Source: Polyangiaceae bacterium (GTDB taxonomy: Bacteria; Myxococcota_A; Polyangia; Polyangiales; Polyangiaceae). From it: a stretch of 64,000 nt of DNA. How positions within the stretch are numbered: position 1 is the first letter of the stretch; each line of letters opens with the position of its first letter. Shown one piece after another: positions 9,719 through 21,908 of this stretch. The translations under genes were made by a program, and so were the position numbers. Below the pieces are notes generated by a model. That model ran no database searches, was not told where the DNA came from, and worked only from the letters and a program-made list of their open reading frames with translations. The DNA lies in contig JANRKO010000019.1 in NCBI GenBank assembly GCA_033763455.1, positions 96,001 to 160,000 on the forward strand, in the 5' to 3' direction.

Positions 9719-10995
9719 GGGACCATAGCGTATTTTTTTTGGCAAGCCTTTTCGCAGCGTGCTTGGCCTGTGCCAAAGCCGAACCGCAGCGCCCCGCCAG
9801 CAGCAAGGAGGATGCGACGGCACCTCTCGGAGAGCACACCTCCACAAACGCGCAAAGTGCACCGTCAAGCGCGCCCAGGGCGCCCACGCCTCCGCCCCAG
9901 CCGAGCAGCACTTCAAGCCCGGCTCTAGCGTGCCCTCCCGGCATGGCCCGGATCGGCGGCGGTCGCTTTTGGATGGGTTCGGAGCGCGGGAAGTTCGCCA
10001 GCGACGAGGAGCCGCGTTTTCAAACCGACGTGCCGAGCTACTGCCTGGATACGACAGAGGTTACCGTCTCAGCTTACCAACTTTGCGTAAAATCAGGTCG
10101 CTGCCAAGCGGCGCACTCAGGCCAGTTCAGCTGCAATACGCGCGACGGGGAAGCTAAGCCCGGTCGAGACAACCATCCGATCAACTGCGTAGATTACACG
10201 CAAGCCGCTGCATTCTGTGCGGTCAAAGGCGCTCGCTTACCGACGGAAGCTGAGTGGGAATACGCGGCGCGGGGAGGGGACAAGCTCCTCACATATCCTT
10301 GGGGGGAGGGTAGCCCAGACGGCCGGGCGTGCTGGAAACATGCAGGCACGTGCAGCGTACGCTCCTTTCCTGCTTTTGAATTTGGGATTTACGATCTTAG
10401 CGGGAACGTGTGGGAGTGGGTGCAGGATTGGTACGGTCCGTATCCATGGCCCGCGTTGTACGGCTTCAGCCGCGTGTATCGAGGTGGAAGTTTTAGTCGG
10501 CGCTTTGAAAAGTGGATGCATACACGCCTGCGCAATCGGGAGAAGCCGGAATATTGGGGCTCTCACCTGGGCTTCCGGTGTGCCGCCTCAGTGCCAGGCG
10601 CGCCATGCCCTGCGGGCAAAGACAGCACCACGGGGACTTGTCTTGCCACGGTGTCAGCAGTGGAGTGCCCGCCAGGCAAGGAATGGAACGGCGCGCGCTG
10701 CGCTCGCCCCGGGGACGCAAAGTGTCGGCCTGGCTTTTCAGAAAAAGCTGGCCACGGCTGTGTTTTGCCCGAACAGGCGGAGGTACCTCCAACGGATCTG
10801 AGCTCGGCCGGCATTTCTCGCACAAGGACGCCCAATTTCGACGCTGACTGCGCCACCTACAAAAAAGGGCTACCTCTGGCCTTCCAATATGTGGGCGGGA
10901 CGCACGCCGCGCGAAATCTTGTCAGTCACCGGGCGGGGTGTAAGAACCGGGATGTTGGCAACGGTTGGAACTCCGTTTGCTGCCCCAGCCCCTGA
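9715..10995 (+). CDS. FGE-sulfatase (SUMF1-like) domain lipoprotein with Cys-rich C-terminus
   Basis: CPPGMARI, TEVTV, HPINCV, RLPTEAEWEYAARGG, DLSGNVWEW, RGGSF, GFRCA. Confidence 0.88.
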   Translation: MRDHSVFFLASLFAACLACAKAEPQRPASSKEDATAPLGEHTSTNAQSAPSSAPRAPTPPPQPSSTSSPALACPPGMARIGGGRFWMGSERGKFASDEEPRFQTDVPSYCLDTTEVTVSAYQLCVKSGRCQAAHSGQFSCNTRDGEAKPGRDNHPINCVDYTQAAAFCAVKGARLPTEAEWEYAARGGDKLLTYPWGEGSPDGRACWKHAGTCSVRSFPAFEFGIYDLSGNVWEWVQDWYGPYPWPALYGFSRVYRGGSFSRRFEKWMHTRLRNREKPEYWGSHLGFRCAASVPGAPCPAGKDSTTGTCLATVSAVECPPGKEWNGARCARPGDAKCRPGFSEKAGHGCVLPEQAEVPPTDLSSAGISRTRTPNFDADCATYKKGLPLAFQYVGGTHAARNLVSHRAGCKNRDVGNGWNSVCCPSP

Positions 10996-11015
10996 TGTTT
11001 TAAAGAGCGAACTTC

Positions 11016-11867
11016 GTGCAGATTAACCGGCAGAAACTGCAGAATCTAGCGTACGCAGGCGTGATGGCGGGCTGCGGGCTGGGTGCCGGTTGTGCGCATT
11101 CGGAGCTTGGAAGAGCCTCGGCAAGTCCGGAGAATATACGGGTTGGCCTTGAATCGCCCTCGCACGCGCCAGCGCAGATCCCTAGCGTTTCGCCGCAGGC
11201 GGTGCAGCGTGAATCCGTGGTGGCGGAGCCCCTGCCAAGCGGAAGCAAAGGGGCTTGGCTCCCCCCGCGTGAACCACCTCGGCGTATCGAAACGGCCTCA
11301 GAACACGTCGAGGTAGATACCAAAGACTTCGAGTTTCCAGCGGGGACGTTGGTGCTCCATTTCGGGGATTCCTTCGCCGGTGCGCTTGGCCCTGCGTTGA
11401 ATCGCGAATTCGCCAAATCTGAGGTCCGCGGGATCTTGCGCTACGAGACCTCAAGTTACATCACCACCTGGGCGTGGGACCGTGACGTCGAACGCGAAGT
11501 AGCCAACGCTAATCCAGATTTGGTGCTCATTACACTGGGCGCCAATGAGGTAGAGCTGATCAATCCCGCCCAACGGGCGCCGGCAATTCGACGCTTGGTG
11601 TCACAGCTTCGCGGCCGCCCCTGCGCCTGGATCGCTCCGCCCCTCTGGGAACAGGATTCAGGGCTCATGCAGGTTGTTCACGACAACTGCGCACCTTGCG
11701 CTTTCCTAGATAGTACCGCCCAAGTTTCCGACTTGCCCCGCAAGAAAGACGGGATCCATCCTTCGAAGCCTGGCCAAGAAGTCTGGGCAAAGGTGGTGCT
11801 AGAGTGGCTTTCGAAACGCCGCTCGCCGACTCCAGGTCGCCCCTGGAATCTGCTGACGGGCTATTAA
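11016..11867 (+). CDS. SGNH/GDSL hydrolase-like lipoprotein
   Basis: FGDSFAG, LGANE and DGIHP catalytic blocks. Confidence 0.85.
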   Translation: MQINRQKLQNLAYAGVMAGCGLGAGCAHSELGRASASPENIRVGLESPSHAPAQIPSVSPQAVQRESVVAEPLPSGSKGAWLPPREPPRRIETASEHVEVDTKDFEFPAGTLVLHFGDSFAGALGPALNREFAKSEVRGILRYETSSYITTWAWDRDVEREVANANPDLVLITLGANEVELINPAQRAPAIRRLVSQLRGRPCAWIAPPLWEQDSGLMQVVHDNCAPCAFLDSTAQVSDLPRKKDGIHPSKPGQEVWAKVVLEWLSKRRSPTPGRPWNLLTGY

Positions 11868-11889
11868 GCTGACATTAAGTTAAGGTGGT

Positions 11890-11964
11890 TGGTGACCCCA
11901 ACGAGACTTGAACTCGTGTTACCGGCGTGAGAGGCCAGTGTCCTAACCGCTAGACGATGGGGCC
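11890..11964 (-). tRNA. tRNA-Glu (anticodon CUC), CCA encoded
   Basis: Minus strand GGCCCCATCGTCTAGCGGTTAGGACACTGGCCTCTCACGCCGGTAACACGAGTTCAAGTCTCGTTGGGGTCACCA folds as a cloverleaf. Confidence 0.95.
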
Positions 11965-11977
11965 GATTGGCTGCTTG

Positions 11978-12048
11978 CTGGGGGACTAGGATTCGAACCT
12001 AGATAGCAAGAATCAGAATCTTGCGTCCTGCCGTTAGACGATCCCCCA
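11978..12048 (-). tRNA. tRNA-Gln (anticodon CUG), CCA not encoded
   Basis: Minus strand TGGGGGATCGTCTAACGGCAGGACGCAAGATTCTGATTCTTGCTATCTAGGTTCGAATCCTAGTCCCCCAG folds as a cloverleaf; followed by CAA rather than CCA. Confidence 0.95.
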
Positions 12049-12123
12049 AGATCTGGAAAAAGCTAGTTTCAACGTAGAAGCCTTTCACTCTGCTCCCGCG
12101 CGGGAGGCGGGGAGCCCGTCTGA

Positions 12124-14094
<1,971 letters not shown>

Positions 14095-14208
14095 GTCTCG
14101 CTTCTTACTGAAGTTGGCTCCGCGAAGCCGCCTTGCGCGGCCCTGTGACGAACGTATTCTGGGTCAGGCGGTTCAAGGCCTCCTGGCCCAGGCCGTTCTT
14201 TTGTTCAC

Positions 14209-14976
14209 ATGGAACTTCGCGTCGTTGGTTGTCATGGCGGTGAAACGCCGCACCACCGGACGAGTGCATTTGTTCTCAACGAGGACATAGCCCTGGATGC
14301 TGGCTCCCTCACGAGCGGCCTCGAGCTTGAGGGTCAGTTCAAACTACGCGCAGTAGTGGTGAGCCACGCCCACTTCGATCACGTGCGCGACCTGGCAACG
14401 ATCGCTGACAATCGGTGCCAGGCCGGCTGCGAGCCGCTCATCGTTGCAGGCACCAAGGGCACTCTGGGTTTGCTCAAGCGCCACTTCTTCAACGACCTGA
14501 TCTGGCCTGATTTCTCGAAAATCCCGAGCGTGAAACGGCCCACGCTTCGCTACCTAGAGCTGAAGCCCGAAAAGTGGACGGACGTCGCCGGCTATTCCAT
14601 CCAGGCAATCATGGTGGACCACACCATCGAATCGGCAGCCTTCATCGTAAGGGGCCCCGATGTCGCGATAGGTTACAGCGGCGACACTGGCCCAACTGAT
14701 CGGCTCTGGTCGGCGTTGCGGGAGGAACCCAATTTGAAGGCATTGTTGATGGAGGTGAGCTTCCCTAATCGACAACAGAAACTAGCGACAGTGAGTGGGC
14801 ACCACACCCCGCGCACGCTAGCCGCAGACTTGAAGAAGTTCGGCGCCCCCGCAGACCTTCCAACGCTCCTCTACCACATCAAACCAGTCTTCCAGAGTGA
14901 AGTCGAAACCGAATGCGCCAAGCTGCGGGGGCTCAATCTCACCGTTCTGCGGCTGAATGATCAGTTCGTACTTTAG
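14209..14976 (+). CDS. MBL-fold hydrolase, class II cyclic-nucleotide phosphodiesterase-like
   Basis: VVGCHGGE, LDAGS, SHAHFDH, HFFNDLIWPDF, SGDTGPT, EVSFPN, HHTP, YHIKP. Confidence 0.85.
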   Translation: MELRVVGCHGGETPHHRTSAFVLNEDIALDAGSLTSGLELEGQFKLRAVVVSHAHFDHVRDLATIADNRCQAGCEPLIVAGTKGTLGLLKRHFFNDLIWPDFSKIPSVKRPTLRYLELKPEKWTDVAGYSIQAIMVDHTIESAAFIVRGPDVAIGYSGDTGPTDRLWSALREEPNLKALLMEVSFPNRQQKLATVSGHHTPRTLAADLKKFGAPADLPTLLYHIKPVFQSEVETECAKLRGLNLTVLRLNDQFVL

Positions 14977-14978
14977 AC

Positions 14979-15119
14979 TCATTTCTTCTTGGGATCTTTG
15001 CCCGCCGAAGCGGAGGAGAAGGCCGCCTGGCGCTTTCCTTGTTCGCTCTGTGCCTGGGTTTTGGCTGCGCTCTTCTGTTCTTTCGCCCGTTGTTTCCCTT
15101 TTGGAGACTTGTCGCCCAT
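14979..15119 (-). CDS. Small basic protein, 46 aa (below the ORF-track cutoff)
   Basis: MGDKSPKGKQRAKEQKSAAKTQAQSEQGKRQAAFSSASAGKDPKKK; SD-like AGGAAGGA shortly upstream of the ATG; fills the gap without overlap. Confidence 0.65.
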   Translation of the reverse strand: MGDKSPKGKQRAKEQKSAAKTQAQSEQGKRQAAFSSASAGKDPKKK

Positions 15120-15368
15120 AAATATGTCCTTCCTGGATCAAAAAAATGCACGCGCATCCGCGGAAAAGGCGGCCACGCTATTGCTTCTACCTGAGGTGTT
15201 TCTAACACACGGCTAGCGTGGGCGGGGGCCGCGTCTCACAAATACGTGATAACTTCAGGAATACGCCCGGTGCAGGGCGCGGTGATCTCACCAAGTCCAA
15301 ACGTAATCTGGCCACGCCAGCCCGGCCTGCTGGCGGTCAGGGGCATTTTCAAGCGGTGCCTCTGGCTG

Positions 15369-15965
15369 CTAACCGATCACAAACACGAGAAGTGAACGGG
15401 CTCCGTGCGCCCCGATCACTAGGCTTTGCTCGATATCTGCCGTCTTCGAAGGCCCCGAGATAAATACGCCGAACTCCGCCGAGCCAAGCTCCAGCTGAGC
15501 GTAGGCCTCGTGCATGTTGTTAACTAGCGTGTTTTTTCCCACCACCAGGGCCAAGTGCTGGGTGATAAAGAGCAGAGCTCGCGTGGGGACGTCCGACTCC
15601 CGCACCCAAACCGCACCGTTCTCAGCCACCGCCAAGCGGCCGCGAGCAATCGCAAAATCGACCGTTTCCAAGCTATGTGGATCACTCACTGTTGTAAGGT
15701 CCACATTCGAGCGTCCGAGGCCCGCCACAAGCCCGCAAACCTGCCGCGCCTGTTGATAGGCGGGCTCAGCATTCAGCGCCATCTCGGCGGCTTCCAGCGT
15801 GGGCGCGAGCACGACTTTCCCACCCACCGAACCGAGCACTGCAGCGAAGTGCTGTAGGGGATCGGAGTAGGTGCAAAATGGTTCGCTCAAGTCGGGCAGG
15901 GGAGCCGGCGAGGGGGCTTTCGGCCGTGCCCGCAATGCCCCGAGAATGGCGCTGCGGCTGGTCAC
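15369..15965 (-). CDS. lutC: Lactate utilization protein C (LUD domain)
   Basis: AVAENGAVW, FISGPSKTADIEQSLVIGAHG. Confidence 0.92.
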   Translation of the reverse strand: MTSRSAILGALRARPKAPSPAPLPDLSEPFCTYSDPLQHFAAVLGSVGGKVVLAPTLEAAEMALNAEPAYQQARQVCGLVAGLGRSNVDLTTVSDPHSLETVDFAIARGRLAVAENGAVWVRESDVPTRALLFITQHLALVVGKNTLVNNMHEAYAQLELGSAEFGVFISGPSKTADIEQSLVIGAHGARSLLVFVIG

Positions 15966-17362
15966 TGGCCGTTATTCCTTTCGCGATAGAGTGCGCGAAA
16001 ACTTTTGGCTGGCAGCGGCGGAAGGTCGCGTTGGCGCCCCCAACCGTTCAGGCGATTGTTCACCCAGCGATGGGGAAGCAACCGACCCAAAGTGCGGCCC
16101 GCTGCTCCGAGAAATGCGTACAACTTTGGTCGCTGAAAGACGTAGCTGGCAATCGTCATGCTGAGCTGCTTGAGCTTTGGGAGGAAGCCCTTTTCCGTGA
16201 CCGAATGGCGCATGAGCAGCAATTGTTCATGCAGGTTAATCTTCACGGGGCAAACGTCGCTGCAAGAACCACACAGACTGCACGCGTAGGGCAAGCTTTG
16301 GTAGGTGTTGGCGTCCCTCGCGGGAGCGAGGATGGACCCGATCGGGCCGGGCACCGTTGTGCCGTAGCTGTGGCCGCCGCTACGCCGATAAACGGGGCAG
16401 GTGTTCATGCATGCACCACACCGGATGCAATGCAGCGAAGTCTTGAAGTCAGCGCTTTGGCTTATCCCGCTGCGGCCATTATCCAACAAGATAATATGGA
16501 GTTTGCCCCCCGGGCGTGGCCCGAAAAAGTGCGAGGAATAGGTCGTAATCGGCTGCCCCGTGGCAGAACGAGCCAAGAGTCGCAAAAACACGGCAAGATC
16601 CTTCGTTCTCGGGATCAGCTTTTCAATACCCATACAGGCGATGTGCACCGGGGGAAGTGCGGTTCCAAGATCCGCATTGCCTTCATTGGTACACACCACA
16701 AACCCGCCTGTCTCGGCGATTGCGAAATTCACACCTGTAATGCCAACATCGGCCTTAAGGAACTTATCCCGAAGGTGCCCCCGAGCAGCCTCGGTGAGGT
16801 ACTGCGGATCGGATGCCCCAGCCTCCGTGCCCAGGTGTTCGTGGAACGTCGCCCCAACTTCCTCCTTACGGATGTGGATCGCCGGTAAAACGATGTGGCT
16901 GGGCGCTTCGTTGCGAAACTGCACGATCCGTTCGCCAAGATCCGTGTCTACCACCTCGTAACCACGCGCTTCCAAGAACGGATTGAGGTGGCACTCCTCG
17001 GTCAACATGCTCTTGCTCTTGACCACGCGTTTGGCGCCTACGCCCTCCAGGATACGCAGTACGATGGCATTGTGCTCGTCGGCGTCTTTGGCCCAGTGTA
17101 CCTCCGCCCCGAGCGCCACTGCTTTGGCCTCAAACTCTTCCAAATAGTCAGGAAGGCCAACCAAGGTGTGGGCCTTAATTTGTGAGGCAAGCTCACGCAA
17201 GCGCTCCCATTCGGGCACACTCTGGGCCGCTTTGTCGCGTTTTTGACGCACAAACCACAGAGCTTTGTCGTGCCAATGCATGCGTTCGTCGTTCGCTACG
17301 AAGAGTGCGGCACGGCGTGGGTGCGCTGTGGCGGGCGACAAATGAACGAGCTCCGCGCTCAT
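15962..17362 (-). CDS. lutB: Lactate utilization protein B, Fe-S subunit
   Basis: KSKSMLTEE, DTDLGE, TNEGNA, CIRCGACMNTCPVY, CSLCGSCSDVCPV. Confidence 0.95.
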   Translation of the reverse strand: MSAELVHLSPATAHPRRAALFVANDERMHWHDKALWFVRQKRDKAAQSVPEWERLRELASQIKAHTLVGLPDYLEEFEAKAVALGAEVHWAKDADEHNAIVLRILEGVGAKRVVKSKSMLTEECHLNPFLEARGYEVVDTDLGERIVQFRNEAPSHIVLPAIHIRKEEVGATFHEHLGTEAGASDPQYLTEAARGHLRDKFLKADVGITGVNFAIAETGGFVVCTNEGNADLGTALPPVHIACMGIEKLIPRTKDLAVFLRLLARSATGQPITTYSSHFFGPRPGGKLHIILLDNGRSGISQSADFKTSLHCIRCGACMNTCPVYRRSGGHSYGTTVPGPIGSILAPARDANTYQSLPYACSLCGSCSDVCPVKINLHEQLLLMRHSVTEKGFLPKLKQLSMTIASYVFQRPKLYAFLGAAGRTLGRLLPHRWVNNRLNGWGRQRDLPPLPAKSFRALYRERNNGQ

Positions 17363-18150
17363 AACGCGGCTCCGTTAGCGGAGGCGAGCACAGGCAACGC
17401 GTGGGACGGCTTGCGACCTGCCAATATCTGCGCGACGTGAAGAACCGATATAGGCTTTCCCTGGCGCCGAATGAGGCCGTCGAGGTGCATCAAGCAGGAC
17501 ATGTCTCCCGCAGTGAGAACCTGTGTTTTGGCGTGTTCGTGGTCCGCGATGCGATCGTTACCCATAGCGCACGAAATGGCTTCCTCGGCCACCGCGAAAG
17601 TCCCGCCAAAGCCGCAACATTCATCCGGCCGAAGCAACCCGGTGAACTCCACGCCGTCCAACTGTTCGAGCACTCGCCTCGTCTTATTGAAGTCCGGGAG
17701 CATCCGCTCACTCGATTTACCGAGCCGCAACTCACGCAACCCGTGGCAACTCTGGTGAAGCCCAACGCGGTAGTTAAACGTACGTTTTGGCAGCTTCTCA
17801 ACGCCGACAACATCCACCAAGAACTCGCACAAATCGAGCACTCGTGGCGCAAGCGCCCGATAGCCGGCGTCGTCGTGAAGAAGCTCAGCGTAGTGCGCGC
17901 GCACCATAGCGACACAACTTCCGGAAGGCGCCACCACGTAGTCAAACCCCGAAAACGTAGCGATAAATCGGCGCGCCAGCGGGAGCGCGTCCTCGAAACA
18001 ACCAGTATTCGCCATGGGCTGGCCGCAACACGTCTGAGCCTCAGGGTAAACTACAGTGCAACCGACGCTTTCCAGAACCTCGAGCGCGGCTAGCGCCACG
18101 TCTGGGTATAGCTGGTCAACGTAACACGGCACGAACAGCCCGACTCGCAT
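17359..18150 (-). CDS. lutA: Lactate utilization protein A (CCG Fe-S oxidoreductase)
   Basis: QTCCGQP, PSGSC, HQSCH, ECCGFGGTF, DMSCLMHL. Confidence 0.93.
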   Translation of the reverse strand: MRVGLFVPCYVDQLYPDVALAALEVLESVGCTVVYPEAQTCCGQPMANTGCFEDALPLARRFIATFSGFDYVVAPSGSCVAMVRAHYAELLHDDAGYRALAPRVLDLCEFLVDVVGVEKLPKRTFNYRVGLHQSCHGLRELRLGKSSERMLPDFNKTRRVLEQLDGVEFTGLLRPDECCGFGGTFAVAEEAISCAMGNDRIADHEHAKTQVLTAGDMSCLMHLDGLIRRQGKPISVLHVAQILAGRKPSHALPVLASANGAAL

Positions 18151-18728
18151 CGCTAATTCATCAGCCTTTCAAATCAAACCAAAGTGTGTGGCACGCAGTC
18201 CTTTGAAACGACATCTGTGTCCGGCGGTGCCGAAGCTCAAGGCCGCGGCGCTTGTTACCACATGGAGGTCCTGAAGAGGTCCTGAAGTCGGCGGTTGCTT
18301 CGGCGTTGTTGCTTTATCAATCCACAGCCATTGCACCGCGTGCCCGCCAGCCCTCCTGGGTCCTGGTGAAAAGTTAACATAATCTATCTTATGCGAAGTT
18401 CTAACACGGGATAATGCGTGGGATCGGGAGCCGACCCCCATGCCCTTGGGGTCGCGTGTCTCGTTTTCTCACATGGGCCGAACGCGCGGCGAAGCTCTCT
18501 TGCAACAGCGCCAAGTCCTTGGATCCCTTGAATACATAGAGCTAGGCCCCGTGTGGGCGCATCCCAACCCAAAAAGAGTTTTCAAGGATCAGCCCTAAGA
18601 ACCCGTTGCGAGATCCAAGCAGGATTCCTTTTTCAAGAAGGATCTCGAATGGTTACGTCAACTCAGCTTTCGTTTGGAATGCGTACTTGTGGGTCTTGTG
18701 GGGCCTTTTTGGGCGCCGGGGCAAAGTC

Positions 18729-19340
18729 ATGAAGCCCCTCCATAAAGCCCTATCTGTGGGATTTGGCGTGGCAGCGCTTGGCTTTTTGAGTGGCGCAGCG
18801 GCCCAATCGAGCGACTGGCTTTACCAGCTCAATTATGGCGTGGTTGGCCCCATCGATCTCGGAAAACCTAAAGAATCAGGGCTCACACCCGAAGAGATGC
18901 TGGCAACTGTTAAGAATCACCTATTGCAGATGGATCAAGCTGTGGCCGGGGTGCAGGCTCAGGCCAGCGCGACGCGCGATCGGCGGCAGGTGGTGAAGCT
19001 TTTATGCTTGGACGACAAGCTCAGCCAAATGATGGCGATGCGTCGGGTGGCTCAGCAGCGAAGCCAGGTTTTTGAACTAGCCCTCAGCAGCAAAGACAAG
19101 AACGGCTATTGGCATGCTTATACGGTGCTTCGTGGGCTTCGCGATCGGGTGACAGCCGTTCAAGCGGATGCGAGTCAGTGTGTGGGCGAAGAGATCGGGC
19201 CCGTTGGCGAAAGCAGCGTTGAAGTCACCGTGGACTCCGCGTTCACCAACGAGGATGAAAATGGGTTTCCTATTGCGGATCCCGACAACACGGATGTCTT
19301 GATCTCGCGGCCACCTGTTGTCAGCAGCCCGATCCAGTGA
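18729..19340 (+). CDS. Secreted helical hypothetical protein with two Cys
   Basis: ATG 18729 gives a signal peptide (MKPLHK...AAAQ); helical core with LLCLDDKL and SQCVGEE; acidic/Pro tail. Confidence 0.65.
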   Translation: MKPLHKALSVGFGVAALGFLSGAAAQSSDWLYQLNYGVVGPIDLGKPKESGLTPEEMLATVKNHLLQMDQAVAGVQAQASATRDRRQVVKLLCLDDKLSQMMAMRRVAQQRSQVFELALSSKDKNGYWHAYTVLRGLRDRVTAVQADASQCVGEEIGPVGESSVEVTVDSAFTNEDENGFPIADPDNTDVLISRPPVVSSPIQ

Positions 19341-19386
19341 GGCTGGCGAGAGCTGATTGAGCCCTGAAAGGGGTGCTTTTTGCTGC

Positions 19387-20676
19387 TTACAGCGGAGACT
19401 GAAGGTGTAGCCCCAAGAGGAAGCCGCGATTGGTCATTGCGAATACCCGCGAGCCGTAGGCGGCGGGGGCGGCATCAATGCCCCCAGAGATATGTATTCC
19501 GTCAATAATGCTGCCATCGAGCGGCGAGATCGCGAAAAGGCCCAACTCCGAACCTGCTACGAGCAAGACGCCGTTTGCCGCTACCGGTTCGGACACGGCC
19601 CCATTGGGGAGCTCGCGCTGCCACAGCATTGCCCCAGTCAGCGGATCCAGCGCCCAGAGGCCGCTTGTGCCGCTACTTGCGAGCAGTAACGTCTTTTCTG
19701 CGATGGGCAGCGCACTCTCGTGGGCTCCGCGTGGAGGGTGCTCGGCTTCATGCCAGAGCGTCAACTGGGTAACTCCCCGAGGCGCCGTGTTGGCCCACAG
19801 CTGGATGCCAGTTTCTTCATCCAGCGCGAAGACCCCCGCGGCATAACTCGCAACCACTATGGCAGGCCCAGCGTCCGTAGTTGCGGCCACTGGTGTCGTG
19901 TCGACGTCGAAATATTGCGGAATATCCCCCAAGATCTGCTCGGCCTCAGCGGCTAAATCCACGGCTTCCCAGCTCGACGCTCCCGTGGCCGCGTTGTACG
20001 CCATCACCACGCCGTCGCTGAAGCCAACATAAACCCGCCCGCGATGCACCAACGCACCCGAATAGCCCGCGACCTCCATACCCATGGCTGGGGTTCTATG
20101 TTGGGACCATAAGAGCTTGCCGTTGTTCGGATCGAGTGCCATGACCGTATCATTCGCATTCACCGCGAATAGCCGCCCACCGCTGAGAATCGGCGGCCGC
20201 TGTACTTCGGCGTTGCTCATGAAGCGGAAGCGTAGGCTCCCGGTGCTTGCATCCACCGCGTAGAGCGCGCCGTCGTGAGACCCGAAATATACGACATTCC
20301 TCGACTTATCGAACAGCGGGGTAGACTTCACTGGCCCCGCGGTTTCGAAGCGCCACAGCGTTGTTCCGTCTACCGCACTCAGCGCATAAAGGCCGTGATC
20401 ACTTGAGCCCACGAAAATACGGCGTCCCTCGATGTCCAACGCGGGAGTGGCATGCTCGCGGGCCTCCCCCTGCGCTCGGCTGGGAGCCTTCAGCTGCTTT
20501 CTGAACACTACGCTGAGAGCGCCACTCGGGTGATGCTTCCAGAGTGGTGCTTCGGGATTGGCCCCAGCGCGCCCCGCTTCACATCCGAACATCAGACTAG
20601 AAATTCCTAGCCCTAGAGCGAGCAGCGTTCGGGACGGGCTTCGAAACGCGTGCAAGAGTGCCGGCATGGACTTCAC
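19387..20676 (-). CDS. PQQ-like beta-propeller lipoprotein, BamB-like
   Basis: MFGC lipobox; repeated GxxxGxLYAxDxxxGxxxW blades; located downstream of a YfgM-like TPR gene. Confidence 0.85.
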   Translation of the reverse strand: MKSMPALLHAFRSPSRTLLALGLGISSLMFGCEAGRAGANPEAPLWKHHPSGALSVVFRKQLKAPSRAQGEAREHATPALDIEGRRIFVGSSDHGLYALSAVDGTTLWRFETAGPVKSTPLFDKSRNVVYFGSHDGALYAVDASTGSLRFRFMSNAEVQRPPILSGGRLFAVNANDTVMALDPNNGKLLWSQHRTPAMGMEVAGYSGALVHRGRVYVGFSDGVVMAYNAATGASSWEAVDLAAEAEQILGDIPQYFDVDTTPVAATTDAGPAIVVASYAAGVFALDEETGIQLWANTAPRGVTQLTLWHEAEHPPRGAHESALPIAEKTLLLASSGTSGLWALDPLTGAMLWQRELPNGAVSEPVAANGVLLVAGSELGLFAISPLDGSIIDGIHISGGIDAAPAAYGSRVFAMTNRGFLLGLHLQSPL

Positions 20677-21791
20677 TTCTCTGGCGAGCTTGGGGTGGGT
20701 GAAGGCCCTTTGGGGTTCTTGCCCATCGCCTCCAGCTGTGCTCGAAGACGTGCCAGCTGCTCAGGCGTCATTCCCGAGGCGGGCGCTTCGGCACGGGTGG
20801 GATCGATGAGCTGTAGAAGCGCCCGAACCGAGCTTTCTAGCTCCGTGGGCGGAGCAAAAGGCTCGGCACTTGATGGCTTATCAGACTCCAGCTTCTTCAG
20901 TGCTTTCTCAAGCAGCGGTTTGGCCTTTTCTGCCTCACCTCGGCCGTAGAGGATGCGCGCCTGGTGGTATTGAGCCACTGGCGTGAAGCGAGCTACGCCC
21001 ATGTTTTCGAGCTCACGCAACGGGGCAAGCGCACCTTCGAGATCCTTCAAACCCTCTTTCGCCGCGCTGATCCCAAGCAACGCTCGCCCCTTAAGCTCGT
21101 TGTCTTGGCCGGCGAGTTCGCTGTTTTTTACCTCAGCATACAGCCTAGCCGCTTCCGCTAGGTTCTGTTTTTCGAACGCTACCCCAGCCAGCCCCATCGT
21201 GGCCAAGAGCGCCCCACCCTTGCCGACGGCCTGTGTTTTGGCTTCCTCGTAGGCCCGTGAAGCTGCTTTTAACCTGTCGGTGTCAGTTGGAAAACTGGGC
21301 TGTACATCAGCCAGGCCTGAGTTTTTATCGGCACCTCGATCGCCCGTATCTCCAATGCGACCATTCTCCGTGTGGAGGGCCTTTGCTAATACGTCGGAAG
21401 CCGTCTGAATTTGGCCCTCACGGCGGTGGCTGTACAGATGAGCGCCAATCGCCACTGCAACACCCCCAAGAACCACCCACTGCATAACATTGAAGTGTCG
21501 CCGTGCGAAGCTAACTGTGGCGTGCGTGCCGCGAGTGAGCGCGTCGTCCACCATCTCACTGGCATCGAGGCCTGTTGCTCCGCTTGGCCTGCCTTTGGCT
21601 TGACGCGAGGCATCTCGCTTGCGGGCGGCTTGCTCCCTCACCCGTTGGTTCCGATCGAGGATCTCTCGGCCGGAGCGCACCGGGGGCTCCGTTGCCTCCG
21701 GTTCTTGGGTGGAGTCCTGTTCAGCGTCGCCCTGGGCTCGCCGTTGCGCGCGTCGGGACGCCGCTCCCTGCCGTGGATCCTGTTCAGACAC
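20673..21791 (-). CDS. Single-TM TPR protein, YfgM-like
   Basis: Charged N-terminus, one TM (WVVLGGVAVAIGAHLY), TPR helices. GTG 21791 with GAGG SD preferred over TTG 21908. Confidence 0.7.
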   Translation of the reverse strand: MSEQDPRQGAASRRAQRRAQGDAEQDSTQEPEATEPPVRSGREILDRNQRVREQAARKRDASRQAKGRPSGATGLDASEMVDDALTRGTHATVSFARRHFNVMQWVVLGGVAVAIGAHLYSHRREGQIQTASDVLAKALHTENGRIGDTGDRGADKNSGLADVQPSFPTDTDRLKAASRAYEEAKTQAVGKGGALLATMGLAGVAFEKQNLAEAARLYAEVKNSELAGQDNELKGRALLGISAAKEGLKDLEGALAPLRELENMGVARFTPVAQYHQARILYGRGEAEKAKPLLEKALKKLESDKPSSAEPFAPPTELESSVRALLQLIDPTRAEAPASGMTPEQLARLRAQLEAMGKNPKGPSPTPSSPEK

Positions 21792-21908
21792 GGGCGCCTC
21801 TATACCACCCGCAGCCGCCTTGCCTACCACCTCATTGCTCGGAGATCGGTCCCACTTGAGCTTCACTGCCTTCCACGTGACTTCGCGGGGCATGCCCGGC
21901 TCCGCCAA

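Noticed and set aside
10470..10590. DGR variable region at the end of the FGE/CLec-fold domain
   Set aside because: I found no second near-identical template repeat and no reverse transcriptase in the window, and the domain is not C-terminal.
11890..12048. Integrative element at the tRNAs
   Set aside because: No integrase nearby and no duplicated tRNA 3' end seen.
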